A DNA stretch of 64,000 nt from Cladosporium halotolerans (Eukaryota). Position 1 is the stretch's first letter. Each line of letters begins with the position of its first letter. The notes beneath the pieces were generated by a model. It had not been told where the DNA came from. It did not search any database and saw only the letters and a list, made by a program, of their open reading frames with translations. The translations under genes were made by a program, and so were the position numbers. Shown piece after piece: positions 1-9,652 of this stretch. The stretch spans positions 1,116,001 through 1,180,000 of the forward strand of contig NW_027191453.1 in the NCBI RefSeq assembly GCF_011745625.1. Direction: 5' to 3'.

Positions 1-400
1 CGCAGATCCAGGCGAGCACGCGGCGGTACTTGGGGGGAGATACCATGAAGGTCTGGTAGTAGACACCACCTGCGGTAGGGTAGACCGAAGTGATCTCACC
101 AAGAGAAGCTGCGACAGCAATCATGATGGCACACACGGCGACCCAACCCCAGATGATGTTGGTGGGACCACCGCCATACAGAGGGTATACCAGGGTGGTA
201 GCCAGACCGTAGGGGACCGAGGCGAGCACGCAGGACATGAAGGCAACCTGCCATGTCGAACGGGAACGCGCGAGCTCCGACTCGTAACCGAGATCGGCAA
301 GGTGGTCCTCGGCGGAGTTGGGCCTGGGCGAGGACGAGGCGGTCAGGTCCTCGCCGAAGCCGACCTCCTTCTTGGACATACGTCTATGGTCGACAGACAT
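1..400 (-). CDS. APC-superfamily amino acid/choline/GABA permease (ACT family), 5' part only; runs off the window
   Basis: Hand translation from ATG at 400: MSVDHRRMSKK...LADLGYESELARSRSTWQVAFMSCVLASVPYGLATTLVYPLYGGGPTNIIWGWVAVC...ASLGEITSVYPTAGGVYYQT. The LGY..EL.R, GGP...IWGW and SLGE..S..PTAGG.Y motifs are typical of Hnm1/Uga4-type permeases. Not in the ORF track because there is no stop in the window. Confidence 0.9.
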   Translation of the reverse strand, partial: MSVDHRRMSKKEVGFGEDLTASSSPRPNSAEDHLADLGYESELARSRSTWQVAFMSCVLASVPYGLATTLVYPLYGGGPTNIIWGWVAVCAIMIAVAASLGEITSVYPTAGGVYYQTFMVSPPKYRRVLAWIC

Positions 401-1666
401 GATGCAGTGTGGTGCGGTCGCGAGCGTCGTCCGTGGTTCCGGGGAGGTGCAAGGGGAGTTGCGGTCCGGGAGGATGTCCGGGGCAGGCGCGAGGGCGGAT
501 CCGGGCAAGCTGCAAATGGAAGGCTGTCTACAACAATATTAATGCTGCAATGGCGAGTCCGGGCAAGTCGCTAGGGTGAGTCCGGTAGGGCGCGTTGGTG
601 GGGCGGCAGCTAAGGTCGGCGACGGCAGATAGGCGCTTGGGGAGGGGGGAGGTCGCGCGGGGAGGCAGTGGTGCTTTGGGAAGGTGCCCTCGTGTCGTGG
701 GGGTTGCGAGGCGCGAGGCGCGAGGCGCGAGGGAGGAGGGGTTGCTCTGGACGGGACAGCTGCTTCTGGGCCGCGAGAGCAGGCGTGATCTGCGGGCTGC
801 GCGGCGGAAGACAGTGAGGGTCACTAGCCACGAGGAGTGGAAGCGGGCGCAGAGGTTGGGGGAAAGAGAGCTTGTTTTGGCGATGCGAGTGAGGTGAGGA
901 GGAAACGAAGGATCTGCGAGCGCGAGGTAGGTCGAACTTATTATGGCGCGCAGCGGGCGAGGGTGGTGTGGGCGGCGGTGGCTCCAGGACTCGGGTGGGT
1001 TGAGCGCAGGCATTCAGCATTCAGAGCCCTCACGGCGGCAGACGCTAAGAAGCACGCTAGAAGCAGACGACGGGCGTCAGCGGGGCGAGGCACGGCCAGG
1101 CGCGTGAAGGCCACGGACGGCCAAAACTCTGCTCAGCGAATAACGGCGGCGACGGCGGGCGCGCGGTGGGTGCGAGGGTAAAGTCATCCCGAGCCCACGC
1201 TGAGCCGACGCTGGGCCAACGTCCTCGGGGCACGGCGTTTTTGTGGTCAGCAGCGCCAGCCAGCAGCGCCTAGCGTCGCGCATTACATCGCGTGCTCCGC
1301 CTAGAGATTATTGGAGGGCCACAGTCGACGCCGGGCTTGGGCTGATGGTGTCGCCACCGCCCTCACCCGGCCATGCGCACCGCGGCTGGCGCTGCTGGCG
1401 AGAGTTTGCGGCGCTGTGGTCCCACGAGGGACGGGAGCGCCCGCGCCAAGCATCCTTGGATATCTCGCAGGAGCAAGCGCAAGCGGCAGGGCGTGGCGTG
1501 GGCGAGGCGTCGCGGCGGAGATTAGGCGAAACCGGCGTCGTCCGCCAACTTCACACGGTGCGGCCACCGTCGACACTTATCGCGATCCTGTATCATGTGA
1601 CCCAGACAGGAAGGCCTTTCCCTCCCCTACACATAGCCTTGCTCGACTCCCGCCGGACACAGCAGC

Positions 1667-3160
1667 ATGTCCGACACCGAGGATTCGCGCGCTGCCTCCC
1701 TGGGGCGCAAGCGACGCCAGAACGCCGATGTCCTGCAGTCTGCACGTGACGCCGAGAAGCGGCGCAAGCTGGACCACGGCGCAAACTTCGTCGCCCTCGA
1801 CAGCGACGACAACAGCGAGACCGTCAGCGAGGACCGCGAGAGCGGCGAGGTGAGCAGCGCTGCACACAGCCCTCGCGCTGCAGCGGCCGGCGAAAAGCCT
1901 GCAGTGCCCGCCGCCCAGCGAAACACTTCACCCCCTGCCCTCGGACATGCTGAGCATCCTTCGCGCGACGCTGGCCCGAGCACAAGCCGCCTGGAGATCG
2001 ACGTCGACGCCGTTTACCCAGATTCATTCCAGAAGTTCGTCCGCGAGCAGTTGCAGCAGCGCAGCGATCTGGACTCGGTAGACGCCTTCCTCGCCGAGTT
2101 TTGCCAGAACTCGAAACCCTTCTGCAAGCAGGCGCGCGGCTTCCACAAGGACTGGGTCCAGGGCTACGACAAGTTCCTGCGCGACTATGGTTACCACGAT
2201 CTGCGGCGTCTTGTAGACGACGAAAAAGCCTTCCGTAAACCGCTCCAACTCCCAGGTGGGAAAAAGACCAACCACGCCACCCGTAGTTTTGGAGACATCC
2301 TGCGGACTGAATGTGAGAAGGCGCCTTGGAAGCCACGCGCGGCCGTGGCGTTTGACCTGTTGAGGTCGCCCAAGACTCATGTGCTTGCAGCTGAAGCCAT
2401 CAGGAAGTACCTCGACGAGGACCTCTTGCCCCAGCAACAGCCCCAGCAGACTAATAACACGACCGCCCAACCCATCGCACAAATGAACGGCCACGCCACC
2501 ACCTCGCCAGCCAGCACCCGCAACAACATCACCATCGCAGACCTCACCTCCGACAAAGACCGCCGCGACCAAGCCCTCTACGGCAACATCACCAACCCCA
2601 CCGAGCTCGTCTTCTGCATGTCCTGCGGCAAACGCGGCCACATGCAACCCTCCTGCCCCAGCAACACCTGCGCGCACTGCTCGGGCCCGCACTTCTCGCG
2701 CCTCTGCCCCTCGTACCAGAAGTGCCGCCGCTGCCGCCAGCGCGGCCACCGCGAAACGAAGTGCACGCGCCCTTCCAAACCCGCGGGCCTCGTCGGCGAC
2801 GAGTGCGACGTCTGCGGCCGCCCGGGCCACGCCGAGGAGGAGTGCGCCGGCATCTGGATGACGTCCCACCTGGCTCCGCTTGGAAAGAAGATCCCCGAGG
2901 ACCAGATGGTCGTCAGCTGCTACAATTGCGGCCGCGACACGCACTGGGGCGACGACTGTCCCGCCCTGCCGGATTTCGTCGCGGACTTTATCACGCACGA
3001 TACCTGGAGCGCCAAGAACGCGGCGCGGTATACGTTCAAGCGTGTTGAGCCGACCGGCAGCGATGAGGACGACGCCGCGAGCGTCGGGCAGGAGAAGAAC
3101 GGGGCCGCCCTGGCTGCCGTTCCCGCGCACCAGGTGGCGATGCTGGGCGACTGGGCCTGA
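1667..3160 (+). CDS. AIR1: Zinc-knuckle protein, Air1/Air2-like (TRAMP subunit)
   Basis: 497-aa ORF with five CCHC knuckles (CMSCGKRGHMQPSC, CAHCSGPHFSRLC, CRRCRQRGHRETKC, CDVCGRPGHAEEEC, CYNCGRDTHWGDDC). An IW dipeptide follows knuckle 4, as in the Air IWRxY linker. Confidence 0.8.
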   Translation: MSDTEDSRAASLGRKRRQNADVLQSARDAEKRRKLDHGANFVALDSDDNSETVSEDRESGEVSSAAHSPRAAAAGEKPAVPAAQRNTSPPALGHAEHPSRDAGPSTSRLEIDVDAVYPDSFQKFVREQLQQRSDLDSVDAFLAEFCQNSKPFCKQARGFHKDWVQGYDKFLRDYGYHDLRRLVDDEKAFRKPLQLPGGKKTNHATRSFGDILRTECEKAPWKPRAAVAFDLLRSPKTHVLAAEAIRKYLDEDLLPQQQPQQTNNTTAQPIAQMNGHATTSPASTRNNITIADLTSDKDRRDQALYGNITNPTELVFCMSCGKRGHMQPSCPSNTCAHCSGPHFSRLCPSYQKCRRCRQRGHRETKCTRPSKPAGLVGDECDVCGRPGHAEEECAGIWMTSHLAPLGKKIPEDQMVVSCYNCGRDTHWGDDCPALPDFVADFITHDTWSAKNAARYTFKRVEPTGSDEDDAASVGQEKNGAALAAVPAHQVAMLGDWA

Positions 3161-3172
3161 AGACGCGGATCG

Positions 3173-3196
3173 GAAGCGAAGCGAAACGAAACGAAA
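3173..3196 (+). repeat. Short GAAGC/CGAAA pentanucleotide repeat in the Air1 3' region
   Basis: gaagcgaagcgaaacgaaacgaaa read directly. Confidence 0.7.
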
Positions 3197-3377
3197 CGGA
3201 GGCGTTCAAAACACGCCCGGCACGATACCCCTGTAGCAGTAGCAGTAGTAGTTGAATTCCAAACAACCAAATCGAGGGACCATCCCCATCTAATCCAATC
3301 CAACCCCCCACATACCCTCTCTCATCCACCACCCCCTCCCCTCCCCCCAAAAACAAACCCCACCCACCCCCATCCCT

Positions 3378-4318
3378 CTAAACCCTCCCCCTCAACCCCC
3401 CCTCCAAAAGCAACCCCCCCAACTCCCCCAGCCCTCCCACAACAACATCCGTCCGCGCGTCCCCCTCCAGCGCCTCCTTCCCCGCGCTCCGCACCAGCAC
3501 CGTCAGCGCCCCCGCGCCCCGCCCCGCCGCCATGTCGTCCACGCTGTCCCCCACCATCACCACCTGCGCCGGCGCCGCGCCCCAGGTCTCCGCGATGTGC
3601 AGGATCCCCGCGGGCGAGGGCTTGGGCGGCTGGAAGGCGCGCGTGACGATGGGGGAGAACGGGGTCAGGTGCGAGGGGAGGTGCGTCGTGATGAGGTGGG
3701 TGACGGGCGTTCTGTGAATCGTGTCGATCAGCGAGCTGGCGCTAGGCTAGGGAGGGAGGAAGGGAGGGAGGGAGGGTGGAAGGGAGGAAAGACGCACTCG
3801 TAGTTGCGCGTGCAGATCGCTTTGCGCAGCCCGAAGCGGTCGAGCAGCTCCAGCAGGCTCACGAGGCCCGCTTGAGGCACTTGGGCGTGCATGGCGCGGC
3901 GCTCGATGGCTTGGATTTTGGCGTGGGCGGAGGCTTGTTCGGAGGCGGGGAGGGAGTAGATGTGGTCGAGGATGTCGACGGGGGAGTCCTGGATGGAGAG
4001 CGCGGTGCGCATTTCGGTGAACATGTGGTTTTGCGGTTCGCCTGGGAGATTGGAGTTGTTAGTGGTGGGGAAGGAGGGATTTGGTGGGGAGGGGGTTTGA
4101 GTACATAGTGTGCCGTCCATGTCGAAGACGATTCCCTTCAGTTCCTGCGCGCCGGTGCTGGGGTCTGCGGGTTGGCCGAGGGGGGCGAAGTGGTGTCTTG
4201 GTTTGGTGGAGGCCATTCTGACTGATGGGCTTGAAATAAATCTGTTTGATTTCTGTGTAGCGCCAGGTGTAATACAAGAGCGGCTTGGTGTCGTCCGCAA
4301 AGCAGTCCTGGATATCAT
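3378..4318 (-). CDS. HAD-superfamily hydrolase (YOR131C-like); exons 4318-4105, 4041-3798, 3711-3378
   Basis: Motif I FDMDGTL, motif II ICTRN, motif III PPKPSPAGI, motif IV GDSVDD. Introns 4042-4104 (GTACTC...CTAAC...CAG) and 3712-3797 (GTGCGT...GCTGAT...CAG) splice in frame. A second in-frame ATG lies at 4216. Confidence 0.9.
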
Positions 4319-4908
4319 GCACGCGATTATTCGTATGTGGTGGAGTCACGCATGAAGTCGGGACGATTGGGCGTTTTGGTGATCCACCCCCAACTTCATG
4401 TCGAACGAAAGCGGGAGTGGATACAGGGCGGATCATTGACTTTCCAACGGTTGAGCGTAGATTAAGAAGTTGTGCCAACGGACAGAAGACATGAGTAACG
4501 TGGATCATGAGTCGATTGTTCGACTGACCGTTCTAAATATTTACTCCAGGGAGTGGGATACGGTCCTACAGCCACTACTTCACCAATGCACAAACACCAT
4601 CGATTTCTTCTCCAACATCAGCATGAATTACGCTCCTATCTATTTCTCTCTCCTCAGACATCACTCTCATTCTCTCAGCCCCTCACTCTCCCTCCCGCTT
4701 CCAAATAGTATACACCCGGATAATATGTACATTTCCTGCATCCCCGCATCCCTTCCGAAAGACACTTCTTCGACCCATTCCAAACCCCAAAAACCCAAAC
4801 AGAGAAAAATAACCCCAAAACGAGCGAAAAAGGCTCCGTGAAAGCGTCAAGTGTTCTTGAAAGTGAGCAAGGAAACCCTTTCCAGCGCTGGAAGAGCCAG
4901 CGCGACGA

Positions 4909-4922
4909 TGTGTGTGTGTGTG
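4909..4922. repeat. (TG)7 microsatellite
   Basis: Read directly. Confidence 0.8.
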
Positions 4923-5137
4923 TTGTGAGTGTACAGCCGCTTTCGATCATGAAGCGGCCACAGTAATGGGCGGGAGACGACAGCTGCTGCCTCCTGTTCG
5001 GACGGAGCGTTTCCCCTGCACCGTGGGGTGGGATATCCAACTCGCAGCCGTTCCACGATCGTCCCGAATCCCACCATAAACAGAACTGAAAAAGACAAAA
5101 AGAAAAAAATCAAAAACGAATCAACTCACCCCACCCC

Positions 5138-8100
5138 TCAAACCTTCTCCCTCCTCCTAAACGCCCCGAAAAACCCTCCCTTCTTCTTCCCCTTCCCCAT
5201 CCCCACCGGCTCATCATCAGCCCGCACCTGCTGGCGTCCAACAACCGGCGCCGGCGCCCCTCCATTCCCCATCGCGCCCTGGGAACCTTCGTCCGGCCCA
5301 CTCGACCGCAAGAAATCCGCCAGATCGCCCGTGTTCGACGCCTCGTAGGCGCCCAGCCTCGCGCCCGCGTTGCCGCGCGGGATGCGCTGGCGCGGCGCGC
5401 CGGCGGGGCGGGCGGAGAGTTTGGGACCTGCGGGAGCTGGAGCCGGGGCTGGAGCAGCGACTGGCCCGCCGTTGGGCTGCGCTTGCGTCGTTCGGGGCCG
5501 GACGTTGGTGGCTGAGATGGGTTGCGGGGCGTTGGTCGAGGGCGGCTCGCTGTTGCGGAGGAAGTCGGCGAGGGATTCTTCGCGGGGGGGTTGCGGGTGG
5601 GGTTTGGTGCGGGGGAGGGCGGTGAGGTCGTCGTCTTCGTCGAAGTCTTCGTCTTCGGAGTCGGAGGGGATGGCGTAGGGGTCTTTGTTGCGGTAGCGTT
5701 TGCGGCCGTCAGAGGAGGGGGCGGGTTTGGATGCTGCTGGTGCTGCGTGGGGTTGGCTGATTTGGGAGGCGTGGGCGGTGGAGGGAGTGCTGTGGGCTGC
5801 TGGCTGCGAGGTGGTAGTGGTGTTCTTCGCGCCGTTGGCTTTGGCCGCGGCCGCCCCGCTGAAGTCGCCGCCGCCGAGCTCGTCGAAGCGGTCGGAGTCC
5901 ATGGTGTTCCTGAAGGGCGCGACGGTCCTGGAGATGCGGTGCGAGCCCTGCTCCTCCGGCCCGTCGCGGATGAAGTTGATGAGGTCTCGCGTTCCGCTTG
6001 CGGCGCCCGTGGCGCTCCTTGCTTGCAGTTGCGGCTTGGGCTTCTTTGATTCGCTCGCGGGCATCTTGGGGACGGGAGGGATGTTCTCGGCCTCCATGGT
6101 CGTCTGCGTGAGCGACTTCGTCCGTTCGCCGTTGAGACTGCCGCCTCCGACGGATTGTGAGCGGGAGGTTTTCTCGCGCGCTGATTGCAATGAGGTCACC
6201 GAGCGGCTTGTGTGAAGACGCTGGACGTCTTGCTCGCGGTCGGGCCCGGTGGAGCGAATGAAGTCTGCGAAGTCACGCGTTGAAGCAGTCATTACCTGCG
6301 GCTCACGCGCGACGAGACCGCTGCGACGGTGAGCACTCGTGTTCCTAGGCGGAGGCTTGCTAATCGACCGTCTGCGTTCGCGAGTGGATTCCCTGTCGGG
6401 CTGAGGCTGGGATGAAACAGAGGGAATATTCTTGATCGACTGGCCACGGCTGGACCGCGATCGAGCATGAGTGTTAACGGTCGGAGACGAGTCCCTCTTT
6501 TGAGTGCCGTCAGACCCTTTGCTTGAGAGTTTAGCCAGAGCATTCGCATCAGACACCACCTTCTTAGCCGAGACGGCAGTGACCGGGCGCGAGGTGTTAT
6601 TATCCCGCACGGTCTCCGGCGTCAGAGTGTACTTCACGGTATCCTCGCTTTGCAAGAAGTTATCAAAATCTTCCGGACCACGGATGCTGGCACTAGTAAC
6701 CGGCGGCGTGCTTGTCCCGCTTCCAGTAGCTGGGACTGCGACCTCCCTCTTAGGGGTGCCCATGCCTGGCATAGCTGGATGGTTCTGCACATCGGAGTCG
6801 CTCTTCTGATGCGCGCTATAAACGCTGCGAGACTTCGTCGAGTCGACACTCTTCTGGGTTCTGGGTGATTGAGATTGCTTCGACTCCCGGAGCTTGTCGT
6901 GCAGGTCAGAGGCAACCGAAAGCGTGCCAGCACTGCCGGGGCGAGGTGCATTCGCCCGTGTCTGCTCATTAGGAGACTGCCGAGTCTGAGGTTTGGTCAC
7001 TGGCGAGGGCTGGTCGGAGCCCACTGGCAGGTCACGGTTCGTGAGATACTCGCGGGGAGTCTTGGGTGATGATTTTGTCGCCTTCTCAACGGTTGTCACC
7101 TTCTCAACGGGAGTAGCGACAGTGGCCTCCCTGGCCTGCCTCACCGGCTCGTCGCCGGTGATGATGAGCCTGCTGGGCTTCTCGGACTCTCTGGGCGAGC
7201 CAATCATCGGCATATCTCTGGCTTTCTGCTCCTCAGCCTTAGCATCCAGAATCTCAGACGGGCTTGCAGGAGCCAACAGAGCCGCCATCGTGGTAGTGTC
7301 CTGGCGCTTGTGTCCGTTTTCTTTTGGCGTGTAGGGAATCTCCGCGGGCTGCGCCAGGGCTGCGGCCGGTGCAGGCGTCTCAATGGGCGCTGGACGCTCT
7401 CTGTGGCCGAGGGCGTACGACTCGTCTGTGTTGGCAGACGCAGAGCGGTCAAGGGCTGCATCAGGCTGCGAGACAACTGGCTCCTCAGCTCGGAGCTGAC
7501 GAGCCGGCGATGCTTCTCTCGAGCGCGGCGTGCTCTCCGCTGCCATGACAGACTTCAAGTCGACCAGGCTCTTTCGCTGATCGAGCTCTCTGATCTCCCT
7601 CGAAGACCTTTGTCTCGGCTGCGGCAATGGCGCGTCCTGGACTTCTCTCGTCTCCTTGAGTGGTGCAGAGAATTCCTCCGCCAGAGACTTGTCTTCTTGC
7701 TTGTCGGAGTAGTGGTTGTAGGCAGTGGCACCCACTGCCGCACCAGCGACCGCGGCAGCACCGGCAGCAATACCAGACAACAGCCCAGTCGATTGCTCCT
7801 CTTTCGGAGGTCCATCCTTTCCTTCAGCCGGTGCTGTAACAGGTTCCTCCGCCTTTCGAGAGAAACCAGCCGAATCGTCCAACAACACCTTCGACTCCTC
7901 CCGGTCTTGCTTGTGAGGCTGCATGTCGGCCGCGCTCGCTTTCGGCTCAACCTCCTCAGGAACGATCCCTTGCACTTCCTCCTGAGCTTGCACATTCTGC
8001 TCCTCTGGCATGAGAGGGAACGCACCAGGGATCTCCAGCTTGGGCGTGCGCGGCGGATTAGGGACGGACTTGGAGCGCTGCCGTGTCATCGTTGGCCTGG

Positions 8101-9652
8101 CGAATGGGAAGCCAGGCGTCTTCGACTTGGACGCTGTCTGCATCACCGAGCCATCTGCCGTCCTGTAGGGCAAGTCCGAAGTGAAGCTGTTGCGCCTCGC
8201 CTCTTTGATCGGGCGTTCGCTTTCCACGGCTTCGTCAGCGCTCCTGGCCAGACCGGGCACCTCGATCTCGTCGACATCGCGCTTCGCGTCGCGCATGGGC
8301 AACGGAATGTTGGCGGCGAGGACGTGCTCGGGGTACTGGCCTTCAGGGTCGTCGTCGCGAGAGAAATGCCTCGGCCGGCTCGCGAGCTCGCGGTACTGCT
8401 CTTCGGCGACCGTCGAATCGTCGCGATAGTGACCCATGCTGCCTCTTCGGAGGGCAGAGAGGGAAGCAGCGCGGTCACGCGTGAAGCTCGAGCGAGACAT
8501 CATGCCGTAGCGGGAGGGAGTCATGGGCCTCCGGTCGTTGCGCAGCGTCTTACGCCACGTGCGCCAAAGCCTGCCGAGTCTGACGTCCAGGGCGATCTTC
8601 TCGACGTCGAAATCCTCCACGGTGAACTGTCTGGGTGACGCAGGCTCAGCAGGCGCGGGCCGCTGCTGTGTTTTCGACTGTCGTCGAGCGCGGGCGTAGG
8701 CGGCCGAGCCGGCAGCTTGCAGCGACTGCTCGGCGACGAATTCCAGGACGGAGGTCAGGAAGATGGCTGCGGACCATGACACAAGGCCGGAGCTGGAGGA
8801 GAAGCGACGGCTGTCGGCTTCGCGGCCGTAGAACAGTTCCTGCTCTTTGACGTGGCGCTCCTCGTCCTCGTCTTCCATTTCGCCAAGGCGCATGTAGACC
8901 ATGACGCGCAGGCGAGTGCGCTTCCACACGAGCTCGAGGTCCCATTTTCGGTTGTCCTTGGAGTTCAACGCCGCGTTGCGCTCATCCTCCTCTTCGCCGC
9001 CGGCAAGCAGCTCTTGTAGCTCTTCGTCTGCGTTTGCGACAGCTTCTTTGGCGAGACGTTGTTTCAACACTTCGTTGACTGCGGGGCGCAGCGCGTGAAG
9101 GCTTGTCGACCGCGCGGTAGAGAGGAAGCTGTAAAGCAATTGATCGAGGAATGAGTTGATCAAAGCAAGAGCCTGTGGAGAGAACTGCGCATCGTCCTTG
9201 GCTGGCCCATTTTGTTCATCCTCCTCATCGCTGGAATAATCGGACCGTCTGCTGGCCGCACTGTGCTCGTTGACCACCTGGACGGCACCAAATGGCGCAA
9301 CGTAGGCGGCGGCAGGCTGGACGTTCTCAGGGTTCTGTGGCCAGTAGCCGGTCACACCAGAAATGGTGGAATAGCGGTCCGAGCCCGCGACGCTGGGTGT
9401 GCGCGACATGATGGGCGAAACGAGTGGGCTCCCACTGCCTAGGTCGTACGCATCGTTGGTGGAAGGTCCGGCGCGGTGGGAGGTCTGCGGCCTCCACGGA
9501 TTCTCACTGGGAAGGAGCGGCGACACCGGGGCGTTGGGGTATCGGTGAGTTTGAGCGGATGCGACAGAGCTGGAGGGGTAGTGAAAGGGACGGTAGTGCT
9601 GCTGGTGGTGGTGGTAGCTCGGGTTTTGGTGAGATTGGCCGTGCTGCGACAT
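5138..9652 (-). CDS. Large mostly disordered protein (~1500 aa) with an N-terminal tandem H2B-like/H2A-like histone fold and repeated [LF]A[DN]F[LI]RxxxP motifs
   Basis: Single 4.5-kb ORF. The start at ATG 9652 is uncertain because a CTAAC...CAG acceptor-like signal overlaps it. See findings for the histone-fold alignment. Confidence 0.85.
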   Translation of the reverse strand: MSQHGQSHQNPSYHHHQQHYRPFHYPSSSVASAQTHRYPNAPVSPLLPSENPWRPQTSHRAGPSTNDAYDLGSGSPLVSPIMSRTPSVAGSDRYSTISGVTGYWPQNPENVQPAAAYVAPFGAVQVVNEHSAASRRSDYSSDEEDEQNGPAKDDAQFSPQALALINSFLDQLLYSFLSTARSTSLHALRPAVNEVLKQRLAKEAVANADEELQELLAGGEEEDERNAALNSKDNRKWDLELVWKRTRLRVMVYMRLGEMEDEDEERHVKEQELFYGREADSRRFSSSSGLVSWSAAIFLTSVLEFVAEQSLQAAGSAAYARARRQSKTQQRPAPAEPASPRQFTVEDFDVEKIALDVRLGRLWRTWRKTLRNDRRPMTPSRYGMMSRSSFTRDRAASLSALRRGSMGHYRDDSTVAEEQYRELASRPRHFSRDDDPEGQYPEHVLAANIPLPMRDAKRDVDEIEVPGLARSADEAVESERPIKEARRNSFTSDLPYRTADGSVMQTASKSKTPGFPFARPTMTRQRSKSVPNPPRTPKLEIPGAFPLMPEEQNVQAQEEVQGIVPEEVEPKASAADMQPHKQDREESKVLLDDSAGFSRKAEEPVTAPAEGKDGPPKEEQSTGLLSGIAAGAAAVAGAAVGATAYNHYSDKQEDKSLAEEFSAPLKETREVQDAPLPQPRQRSSREIRELDQRKSLVDLKSVMAAESTPRSREASPARQLRAEEPVVSQPDAALDRSASANTDESYALGHRERPAPIETPAPAAALAQPAEIPYTPKENGHKRQDTTTMAALLAPASPSEILDAKAEEQKARDMPMIGSPRESEKPSRLIITGDEPVRQAREATVATPVEKVTTVEKATKSSPKTPREYLTNRDLPVGSDQPSPVTKPQTRQSPNEQTRANAPRPGSAGTLSVASDLHDKLRESKQSQSPRTQKSVDSTKSRSVYSAHQKSDSDVQNHPAMPGMGTPKREVAVPATGSGTSTPPVTSASIRGPEDFDNFLQSEDTVKYTLTPETVRDNNTSRPVTAVSAKKVVSDANALAKLSSKGSDGTQKRDSSPTVNTHARSRSSRGQSIKNIPSVSSQPQPDRESTRERRRSISKPPPRNTSAHRRSGLVAREPQVMTASTRDFADFIRSTGPDREQDVQRLHTSRSVTSLQSAREKTSRSQSVGGGSLNGERTKSLTQTTMEAENIPPVPKMPASESKKPKPQLQARSATGAASGTRDLINFIRDGPEEQGSHRISRTVAPFRNTMDSDRFDELGGGDFSGAAAAKANGAKNTTTTSQPAAHSTPSTAHASQISQPHAAPAASKPAPSSDGRKRYRNKDPYAIPSDSEDEDFDEDDDLTALPRTKPHPQPPREESLADFLRNSEPPSTNAPQPISATNVRPRTTQAQPNGGPVAAPAPAPAPAGPKLSARPAGAPRQRIPRGNAGARLGAYEASNTGDLADFLRSSGPDEGSQGAMGNGGAPAPVVGRQQVRADDEPVGMGKGKKKGGFFGAFRRREKV

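Noticed and set aside
528..1020. 161-aa and 136-aa minus-strand ORFs upstream of the permease as uORFs, and a possible TPP riboswitch
   Set aside because: Their ATGs lie upstream of the TATA-like element, the peptides are low-complexity, and no TPP core (CUGAGA...GAUAAU) is visible.
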